A stretch of DNA of 32,000 nucleotides from assembly GCF_000008465.1 (NCBI RefSeq), contig NC_006512.1:150001-182000 (forward strand), in the 5' to 3' direction. This stretch comes from Idiomarina loihiensis L2TR (lineage in GTDB: Bacteria; Pseudomonadota; Gammaproteobacteria; Enterobacterales; Alteromonadaceae). Shown piece after piece: positions 23,801-30,830 of the stretch. A program made the position numbers and the translations under genes. The notes below the pieces were generated by a model, which was given only the letters and a program-made list of their open reading frames with translations, did no database searches and had not been told where the DNA came from. Each line of letters starts with the position of its first letter. Within the stretch, counting starts at the first letter, position 1.

Positions 23801-24811
23801 TTAACAGGAGCTGCATTTTTCTTCTGACGCGTAAAAACGCGCTGATACGTCCGGGTGGGAGCGCTTTCTGCCTTTCATCACGTTTTCGCCAACGTTATGC
23901 AGCAAGGGGTTGCCCGGATCACTGGTTGGCCCCTTCGCGTGTTTTGCTAAATGGGAAGGGAGTTTTAACACCGGTACCGAAGCATTCAGCTGAGCGGCCA
24001 TGAAGAATGCCGACGAATAACGAGTAACCCCAGTTTTAGGGCTGCTAACACGATGGTTAGTCGCTTTTAAATAGCCATTAGACGCCAGCTCCAGTAATTC
24101 GCCGATATTTACCACAAAAGCGCCGGGGCGCGGAGCCACCTTGTACCATTGTTGCTCGTACTCCACTTCCAGTCCGCTGTTTTCGTCTTGCAGAACTAAG
24201 GTGAGGTAGCCCGGATCCTTATGCGCACCAACACCCTGACCAGAGGCTTCTGGGCTGCCGGGGTATTTAATAAGCTTAGTATGACGGTAAGGACCGTTGC
24301 TGATGGTTTCAGCCAATGCGTCAGCCGGTTGCTCCAGGCTTTCGCATAACGCCGCCAAAAGCTGCAGAGACACTTCGGTTAGCTTGTCCTGCCAGGACAA
24401 CAACTGGCTTTTTATGGCAGGCAATTGCCGAGGCCACTGGTTAGGGCCTATGAGTTTTTGCCACTCATGGTGTATAGCGGATGCAGACAGAGCAGGCAAT
24501 TCGTCCATTATATCAAATTGTTCACGACGATCCGGCCGGCCTGCCGTTAACTCCGAGTAGTTTGCTGAATAGCCACGAAAGTGCGGTGAATGAATCATCT
24601 GGACCTGTTTCTTTTCTGCATCACTGAGTGCAAAAAAGCTTTTAGCGGTGTCCAGCACCTTAACTTGTTCTGCCAGTGAAATACCGTGGTCTTCCAGGTA
24701 GAAGAAGCCAACATCACGCGCCGCTCTACCAAGGTCAGCAATGAATTGCTGGCGGTCAGAGGCTCCGAGATAAAGTTTTCGCATGGATAATACAGGTATC
24801 GGGCTTTGCAT
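23801..24811 (-). CDS. 2-oxoglutarate/Fe(II)-dependent oxygenase (isopenicillin-N-synthase-like family)
   Basis: HxD facial-triad motif GAHKDPGYLTL, distal His in ATNHRV, and 2OG-binding RYSSAFF. N-terminal DVGFFYLEDHGI block. Confidence 0.85.
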   Translation of the reverse strand: MQSPIPVLSMRKLYLGASDRQQFIADLGRAARDVGFFYLEDHGISLAEQVKVLDTAKSFFALSDAEKKQVQMIHSPHFRGYSANYSELTAGRPDRREQFDIMDELPALSASAIHHEWQKLIGPNQWPRQLPAIKSQLLSWQDKLTEVSLQLLAALCESLEQPADALAETISNGPYRHTKLIKYPGSPEASGQGVGAHKDPGYLTLVLQDENSGLEVEYEQQWYKVAPRPGAFVVNIGELLELASNGYLKATNHRVSSPKTGVTRYSSAFFMAAQLNASVPVLKLPSHLAKHAKGPTSDPGNPLLHNVGENVMKGRKRSHPDVSARFYASEEKCSSC

Positions 24812-25013
24812 AATTTACTCAACAGGTTGTTTCTGGGGCTGAGTTTACGTTGCTATGCAGCGTTAACTGAAGAATCAAAATCTTCTATGGTAGACAGCTT
24901 GGCTATATCAATAATCTGCAATTAAGCCGGTACTTATTTCTGCTAGTACTCGACCCGTAACAGCTGCCTGTGTAAAATCTTTGGGTCTTTAATTAACCAG
25001 TGAGAAATTCAGA

Positions 25014-25730
25014 ATGGGTCGCGCCTATCAAAACCGAAAAGATTCAATTGCTAAAACGGCGAATGCAAAGAGCAAAGTCTATAGCCGTTATGGCCGTGAA
25101 ATTTACGTTTGCGCCAAGCAAGGTGGTGGAGATCCTGATGGCAACCTCGCGCTTCGAGGCTTAATAGATCGGGCGAAAAAAGATCAGGTTCCTGCTCACG
25201 TTATTGAAAAAGCAATAGACAAGGCGCAGGGCGGAGCAGGAGAGGACTTTTCTCCGGCGCGTTACGAAGGTTACGGACCCAGCAACTGTATGGTTATCGT
25301 CGAGTGTTTAACCGATAACCCGAACCGTACCTTTGGCGATGTCCGGAACTGCTTTACCAAAAGTAAATCAAAAATTGGCGCTCAGGGCAGTGTTGCGCAT
25401 TCGTTTGATCACTGTGCGATTTTTGCCTTCCGGCATGACAATGAAGACGAAGTGCTGGAAGCCATGATGGAAGCTGATGTTGATGTTACCGACGTCGAAT
25501 TCGAAGATGGTCTGGTTACCGTATTTGCGCCAAATACCGAGTACGCGGCAGCCCGTCAGGCCTTAACTCATGCGTTTCCTGATATTGATTTTGAAGCCGA
25601 CGAAATTCAGTTTTTACCTCAGGTAACGACCAGTATAGCTGAAGATGATTTACCAATGTTTGAACGTTTGATGGATATGCTGAACGATTTGGATGACGTT
25701 CAAAACATTTACCATAATGCCGAACACTAG
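25014..25730 (+). CDS. YebC/PmpR-family transcriptional regulator (YeeN-like subgroup)
   Basis: N-terminal [30 protein letters not shown] and the EGYGP block. 238 aa. Confidence 0.88.
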   Translation: MGRAYQNRKDSIAKTANAKSKVYSRYGREIYVCAKQGGGDPDGNLALRGLIDRAKKDQVPAHVIEKAIDKAQGGAGEDFSPARYEGYGPSNCMVIVECLTDNPNRTFGDVRNCFTKSKSKIGAQGSVAHSFDHCAIFAFRHDNEDEVLEAMMEADVDVTDVEFEDGLVTVFAPNTEYAAARQALTHAFPDIDFEADEIQFLPQVTTSIAEDDLPMFERLMDMLNDLDDVQNIYHNAEH

Positions 25731-25731
25731 G

Positions 25732-25745
25732 TTGATGCAGATCAA
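25732..25745 (+). promoter_or_regulatory. perfect FNR box TTGAT-GCAG-ATCAA with a class II promoter geometry for ompW
   Basis: TTGAT (25732-25736), N4, ATCAA (25741-25745). A -10 candidate TATAAA lies at 25766-25771. The box centre is therefore about 41 bp upstream of the expected transcription start. Confidence 0.7.
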
Positions 25746-25803
25746 CTCGGTTATTCAGTAAACCTTATAAACTTCAGGGGTCTTCATTAACAAGGAGTTC
25801 CCC

Positions 25804-26502
25804 ATGAAGCTTAAAGCATTATCGTGCGGTGTATTGTTAGGCTTGCTAAGCACTTCTGCATTAGCAAATGATTTTTCTATCAACGTTGGTGCCATCTCTG
25901 TCATGCCTGATGACAGCAGTAGTCACTTGAACGTTGTTGAGTCAGTAGCTGGTTTACCAGAGAACAGTACTGGCGTTGGTGTAAACACGAATACTCAGTT
26001 AGGTTTAACTTTTGATTATAAGTTAACTGAAAACTGGACGCTTGAACTGGTTGCAGCAACACCGTTCAGCCATGATATTACGGCAACAGGTTCGTTGGCT
26101 GGGCTGAAAATAGGTAAAACCAAGCATTTGCCACCAACCTTGCTGGCGCAATATCATTTTGATATCGACAGTGAAATGTTTAAACCTTTCGTCGGTATTG
26201 GTGTTAACTACACAGCTTTCTTTGATGAGCAAGTCGACCCGCAGTTGCGCTCAACGTTAGGCGACCTGGGTGTTGTTACCGACAATGACGATGTCTCTTT
26301 AGCGCTGAAAAACAGCTGGGGCTATGCTCTGCAAGCTGGTGTAAATGTCGATTTGAGTGAAAACTGGGGTCTTCACTTCATGGTCAGCCGCATGGATATC
26401 GATACCACGGGTGATGTTCGTGTGAACGGTAATACCATTGAAAGTGTTGATGTTGATATCGACCCTTACGTTGCTATGGCCGGTGTTCGCTATAACTTCT
26501 AA
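25804..26502 (+). CDS. ompW: outer-membrane protein OmpW family (8-stranded beta-barrel)
   Basis: Signal peptide ending SALA. Motifs VGAISVMPDDSS, ATPFSHDI and KHLPPTLLAQYHF. C-terminal GVRYNF. AAGGAG SD upstream. Confidence 0.9.
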   Translation: MKLKALSCGVLLGLLSTSALANDFSINVGAISVMPDDSSSHLNVVESVAGLPENSTGVGVNTNTQLGLTFDYKLTENWTLELVAATPFSHDITATGSLAGLKIGKTKHLPPTLLAQYHFDIDSEMFKPFVGIGVNYTAFFDEQVDPQLRSTLGDLGVVTDNDDVSLALKNSWGYALQAGVNVDLSENWGLHFMVSRMDIDTTGDVRVNGNTIESVDVDIDPYVAMAGVRYNF

Positions 26503-26509
26503 AGCCTTT

Positions 26510-26540
26510 GCGCCGCTCGCCCCCGGGCGGCGCATTTTTA
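26510..26540 (+). terminator. intrinsic terminator after ompW
   Basis: Stem GCGCCGC / GCGGCGC with a GC-rich loop, followed by ATTTTTA. Confidence 0.7.
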
Positions 26541-27059
26541 ATGTGGTGAGCGTTTCGACAATTTGCGCTGTAACGTACGCCGATGCATTCCCAGTTCTCG
26601 TGCTGTCTTAGAAACATTTCCCTGATTATCCGTGAGCACTCTTTGAATATGCTCCCACTCAATTTGAGTTGGCGTTAAACGGTTTACCGAAGCGTCTTCT
26701 AACTCCAGTTTCTCATTAGTAAAGCGACGTAGTAATTCATTGGTACCCACGGGTTTCGTTAGGTAGTCCGTTGCGCCGCGCTTCATCGCCTCTACGGTTG
26801 TTGCAATACTGGCGTAGCCGGTTAGTACCACTAAGTGACAGGGGGAGTAGCGTTCTTTGAGTGGTTGAATAAGTGCCAGTCCATTGTCGTCGCCCAGCAT
26901 CATATCCAGCAGAATACCGTCAAAATGACCTTCTAGCGCTAGTGCCTGATGACCCGAGTGTGCCATTTGCACCAAAACACCATGATGCCCCAGACGCCGT
27001 TGCAAAATGCCGCAGAAACCCTCATCGTCATCAATAATAAGCAGCCGGAATTTATTCAT
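26538..27059 (-). CDS. response regulator of the RegA/ActR/PrrA/RoxR family (receiver plus Fis-type HTH)
   Basis: Receiver residues IIDDDE, ILLDMML (phospho-Asp), VLTGY and TKP. C-terminal NVSKTARELGMHRRTLQRKL. 8-nt overlap (ATGAATAA) with the kinase gene. Confidence 0.88.
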   Translation of the reverse strand: MNKFRLLIIDDDEGFCGILQRRLGHHGVLVQMAHSGHQALALEGHFDGILLDMMLGDDNGLALIQPLKERYSPCHLVVLTGYASIATTVEAMKRGATDYLTKPVGTNELLRRFTNEKLELEDASVNRLTPTQIEWEHIQRVLTDNQGNVSKTARELGMHRRTLQRKLSKRSPH

Positions 27060-28149
27060 AGGCTGTTACCGGTAAAAGAACCAACGTGAGCGTGCCCTCG
27101 GAAGTGGATTGCCAGCTGACCTGACCACCAAGCCGTTCAAGTGTGGCATGGCTGATAACCGCGCCAATACCCATACCATTTTCACTTAAGGCCATTGATT
27201 TGCCTATTTTTCGTTGTTGCGCCTGGCTTAACCCATCACCATTATCGAGAATGTGGATGGTGAGCTGAGGATTCGCATCAACTAACGTCAGGTTGAGTTG
27301 CACGGATACGACCAACTGATGACTGCGCTCGCCAGCGCTAATAGCATTAATGACCAGGTTAGCGATAGCCGGGAACAGGGTGCGGTCGGCGCTAATAATG
27401 GTGGTTTTAAAGCGTTCGGGGCATTGCCAGTTGACCTGAGCATCGGGTCGGGCAATTCGCAGAAGCTGACGTAACTGAGTAATAATTTCCCCGACAGTGT
27501 AATTGTGCTGGCGCCTGGTGCGCACGTCTTCAGCAGCGTCCCGCCATTGTTCAAGGCTTGCTTCAACTTTGCCCAGGTGCTCACTAAACTCTTGTTTTAG
27601 TGACAGCTCAATATCGCATTCCTGAAGTTCTTCGTTGAGTAACCGTAACGACTGCACAGGAGTAGCAACGTCATGAGTTAACTGAGCTGCGGCTGCACCT
27701 ATGGTCAAAAGCTGTTCGTCGCGCAGCTGGCGCTCACGTGCATTCTGTAATGCTTTTTCTGACTGAAACCATTGCCGCTTTAGGTAGTACATTGATAAAG
27801 CAATAATAGCCGCTGCAATCACAAAGCCGCTGACCATACCCATGGCGTGTTTCAGCATCTCGTCGCTTAAGGCATGGGCGGTGTGACTTTGCTGCCCGGG
27901 CAAAAGTGAAGGCAATCCTATTTGGGCAACTTGCCCCAGAATGCTTATCAACACAACAATCAAAGCAAAAGTTGGTGGTAACAATAAAAACGCGATGACG
28001 ATAAATATCAGTAATAACGAAGTGAACGGATTACTGATACCACCATTAAAGGCAACCAAGAGGTTGCCCAGTACTATGTCCAGACATAAGGCTAAGCACA
28101 ATGGCCAGGCTCTATGAGTAATAAATTTATAGGTCAGTAATGTCAGCAT
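27052..28149 (-). CDS. membrane sensor histidine kinase of the RegB/PrrB/ActS/RoxS family
   Basis: Multi-TM N-domain carrying the RegB-family quinone-site heptapeptide GGxxNPF (GGISNPF, nt 28024-28044). H-box AAAAQLTHDVATP. N-box NLVINAISAG. G-boxes DNGDGL and GMGIGAV. Confidence 0.85.
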   Translation of the reverse strand: MLTLLTYKFITHRAWPLCLALCLDIVLGNLLVAFNGGISNPFTSLLLIFIVIAFLLLPPTFALIVVLISILGQVAQIGLPSLLPGQQSHTAHALSDEMLKHAMGMVSGFVIAAAIIALSMYYLKRQWFQSEKALQNARERQLRDEQLLTIGAAAAQLTHDVATPVQSLRLLNEELQECDIELSLKQEFSEHLGKVEASLEQWRDAAEDVRTRRQHNYTVGEIITQLRQLLRIARPDAQVNWQCPERFKTTIISADRTLFPAIANLVINAISAGERSHQLVVSVQLNLTLVDANPQLTIHILDNGDGLSQAQQRKIGKSMALSENGMGIGAVISHATLERLGGQVSWQSTSEGTLTLVLLPVTAYE

Positions 28150-28154
28150 CGGGC

Positions 28155-30173
28155 TTAAAAGTGGTAGTTGGTCTGCAGCCAGACAGTACGACCCGGCTCA
28201 TTAACTTTGTCAATTTGCTGGTATCCGGAAATGCTGGCGGCGGAGCGACTCAAGTGCTCTGCATAGGTTTTATCCAGTATATTATCGACTCCTAAACTTA
28301 GCTGCCACTTTGGATCAATTTTCCAGTCGATATTTGCCGATAAAACACCATAACCCGGGCTATTACCGATATCATAGCCAATGACATTGCCCTGATTCAC
28401 TGCTGTGCGCTCTTGTTTATCCACCAGGCGCCAGAGCAAAGAGTAAGTCAGTGCGTTGTGGCGGTAATCAGTGCCAATACGCAGTTCATCAGCAGGTTGC
28501 TGCGGCAGATAGTTATCATCGGTTTTATTACTTCCGCGGGTTATGGCCAGTGCTGATGACACCGACCAGGCTTGGGTCAGTTGGTAACTTAAGGTTGTTT
28601 CCCCGCCCCAGGTTCGGGCATTAATATTACGGACGGTATCCGGCTGCATCATCATGCCTTTTTGCAAAAGAATAAAGTCATCGACCCGACTGTAGAAAAT
28701 GGACGCGTCCAGTCGCCATTTATCGGTGTTTATATCGAGACCAATATCCCATTGTTGGTTGGTCTCTGCGTCGGTGTAAAAAGCCGATTCTGACGTTGGT
28801 GACTGGCGGCTGTTACCAATGGCCTCCCAGTAGTCCGGGAACCGCTCCGCCTGACCCCAACCCGCATACCAATAACCATTTTTAAGCTGTTTTTCTATAC
28901 GAAGAAACCCGCTATGAAGGTTCTCACTGCGTGTTTCATTCGCCGTGGGGTTGGATTGAGCCGGAGCTGACATAGGTTGAATGTCGGTGCGCTTGTCTGT
29001 CATTTTCCAGTGATCAAGCCGATAACCGCTGACTAACTGCCATTCTTGATCTATAGAGTGGCGGTATTCTGCATAAATGCCATCTTGCTCAATAAAAGCG
29101 TCATCAACTCGGTTAAGGCTTTCAAATGGTTGGTTAAACTGATCTTTGCTGGAACGGTTACGGTGAGCCGACTCATTATGTTCAAGCCCAGTTTTGAGTT
29201 GCCCGGAAGGGGGTAACTGCCATTCGGAGGCAATTTTAAAACCACGGGAATATCTATCCGGGTTACTGGCGGTTGGGCTGGGCATCATCATCGACGGGGT
29301 AAACTCGCGCAAAGAATAGTTGTCCATAACGTGGTCAATGGTATTGAAATAGGTATTAACAGAAAGTTCTTCGAGCGAACGGTTGTCAGGTTGCCATTGG
29401 TAATTCAGTGCGACGCTTTCACGGTCAAAGAGCACCCCATCCATACTGCGATCGGCGTAGGCTGCCTCGCCATCGCTGACGCCAAGCTTGAGCATCAGAC
29501 GATGCTGCCGTGAGGGTGTCCAGGCAAGGTCAATATCGCCACTCCAGCGTTCATACTGGCTGTTAATGCTATTACCCGAGCCATCTTCGTAGTCATCGGC
29601 GGTTGCGGCAGATGCGTTCACGCGTACATAGCCTGGTTGCGCTCCCCAGGTTAAATCAGCGGTGGTATTCAGGCGGCCGTACTGCGCTGTGGTGGCATTT
29701 AAGTAACCGGTAAACTCGGGTACTTCAAAGAATGTTGCTTCGCGCTCAAAATGAATAGATGCCGCTGAACCGGCGAACAATACGGTTTGTGGGCCCTTAA
29801 CAATCGTCACGCTGTCATAACTTTGTGGGGTTATGTACGCCGTTGGCGGATCCATGCGGCTGCTACACCCACCCTGCAGCATTTGCCCGTCATTAACTAT
29901 GGTCAGTCTGCCTGCTCCCATGCCGCGGAATAAAGGGTCAGCAGAGGCTCCACCTTTGCGGGTTGCACTAAATCCAGCAAGGCTTTTTAAAAAATCACCA
30001 GCATCGTGAGCAGGCAGCGGTTGTCTGGGTTGTTTCGAATCGACCACCCATTCACTGGGCGACTGCATCGATTCGCCAATAATGACAATTCTTTCCTGAA
30101 TATCGGTGGTTTCGTTAGCGTAACTGACAATTGGCAAGAGTAAGCAAGTTGCCAGAGGATAAATAGCTTTCAT
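28155..30173 (-). CDS. oprC: TonB-dependent copper receptor, OprC/NosA-like
   Basis: Signal peptide, plug domain and C-terminal WLQTNYHF. CxxxM (C103-S-S-R-M107, nt 29853-29867) and HxM (H281-V-M283, nt 29325-29333) match the OprC CxxxM-HxM copper site. The Cys-to-His spacing is 178, versus 180 in P. aeruginosa OprC. Confidence 0.8.
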   Translation of the reverse strand: MKAIYPLATCLLLPIVSYANETTDIQERIVIIGESMQSPSEWVVDSKQPRQPLPAHDAGDFLKSLAGFSATRKGGASADPLFRGMGAGRLTIVNDGQMLQGGCSSRMDPPTAYITPQSYDSVTIVKGPQTVLFAGSAASIHFEREATFFEVPEFTGYLNATTAQYGRLNTTADLTWGAQPGYVRVNASAATADDYEDGSGNSINSQYERWSGDIDLAWTPSRQHRLMLKLGVSDGEAAYADRSMDGVLFDRESVALNYQWQPDNRSLEELSVNTYFNTIDHVMDNYSLREFTPSMMMPSPTASNPDRYSRGFKIASEWQLPPSGQLKTGLEHNESAHRNRSSKDQFNQPFESLNRVDDAFIEQDGIYAEYRHSIDQEWQLVSGYRLDHWKMTDKRTDIQPMSAPAQSNPTANETRSENLHSGFLRIEKQLKNGYWYAGWGQAERFPDYWEAIGNSRQSPTSESAFYTDAETNQQWDIGLDINTDKWRLDASIFYSRVDDFILLQKGMMMQPDTVRNINARTWGGETTLSYQLTQAWSVSSALAITRGSNKTDDNYLPQQPADELRIGTDYRHNALTYSLLWRLVDKQERTAVNQGNVIGYDIGNSPGYGVLSANIDWKIDPKWQLSLGVDNILDKTYAEHLSRSAASISGYQQIDKVNEPGRTVWLQTNYHF

Positions 30174-30174
30174 A

Positions 30175-30203
30175 CGACATTGTCCTTTAATAAGGTAATG
30201 TCG
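30175..30203 (-). promoter_or_regulatory. 5'-UTR hairpin around the SD of the copper receptor gene
   Basis: Inverted repeat CGACATT / AATGTCG with a 15-nt loop. On the mRNA the loop contains AAGGA, and the 3' arm ends 1 nt before the AUG. Confidence 0.35.
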
Positions 30204-30269
30204 CTATTATTCTCTATTTTTTAGGTGGTTAGGATGCGACAAAAGGTAGCATCCCTTTAGTAGTACCAC

Positions 30270-30581
30270 TTAAAGCGAAGGGCAGAATTTATCTTTCAAT
30301 AACGTCATAAAAGCTTCGGTATCCGGGTCTTTTATGGAGTAGTACACGGTTTGCGACTCTTTACGAATGCTGACCAATTGCTGCTGACGCAATACCGCAA
30401 GATGTTGTGAAAAAGCTGACGGGCTTAAGTCAAAAAACTGATGAAGCTGACCCACACTTTGTTCACCTAAAGCCAGTCGGCATAAAATTTGTAAACGGTG
30501 GGGGTTACCTAAAGAGCGCAGAAAGCTTGCTGCATTCTGCGCCTCTTCCTGATGCATCTCTTGTGATTCAGTTGCACTCAT
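30270..30581 (-). CDS. ArsR/SmtB-family repressor, 2-Cys SqrR/BigR/YgaV-like (candidate persulfide sensor)
   Basis: Winged-helix core LGNPHRLQILCRLALGEQSVGQL...SQHLAVLRQQQLV. Has only Cys34 and Cys100 (spacing 66). There is no ELCVCDL metal site. Confidence 0.75.
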   Translation of the reverse strand: MSATESQEMHQEEAQNAASFLRSLGNPHRLQILCRLALGEQSVGQLHQFFDLSPSAFSQHLAVLRQQQLVSIRKESQTVYYSIKDPDTEAFMTLLKDKFCPSL

Positions 30582-30588
30582 GGTGTCG

Positions 30589-30807
30589 TTATTTTCCTGA
30601 TTTTTCTAACTCACGCTCTGTTTTTAATCCTAAGACTTTTCTCATAAAAATGCCTGCAGGACAAAAACCCGTGAAAGATTGTTGAAATAGATTGGCGCCA
30701 ATAAATACGGTCAGCCATACCCAGTTGGGGTGAACCCAATAAGTCAAAGCTACCGATAACAATACCATAAAGCCTGCAAATGCGGTTATAGCTCTTTCTA
30801 CACTCAT
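30589..30807 (-). CDS. small two-TM membrane protein, DUF2892 (YgaP C-terminal-domain-like)
   Basis: 72 aa. Two hydrophobic helices and the conserved NLFQQSFTGFCP motif. 7 nt upstream of the ArsR-family gene. Confidence 0.75.
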   Translation of the reverse strand: MSVERAITAFAGFMVLLSVALTYWVHPNWVWLTVFIGANLFQQSFTGFCPAGIFMRKVLGLKTERELEKSGK

Positions 30808-30830
30808 TATCGAACTCCTTAGTTTTTCTA

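Noticed and set aside
23797-24003. 68-aa plus-strand ORF at the 3' end of the oxygenase gene, and other antisense ORFs at 24297-24560 and 24595-24822
   Set aside because: They overlap the well-supported 2OG-oxygenase frame and have no independent signals.
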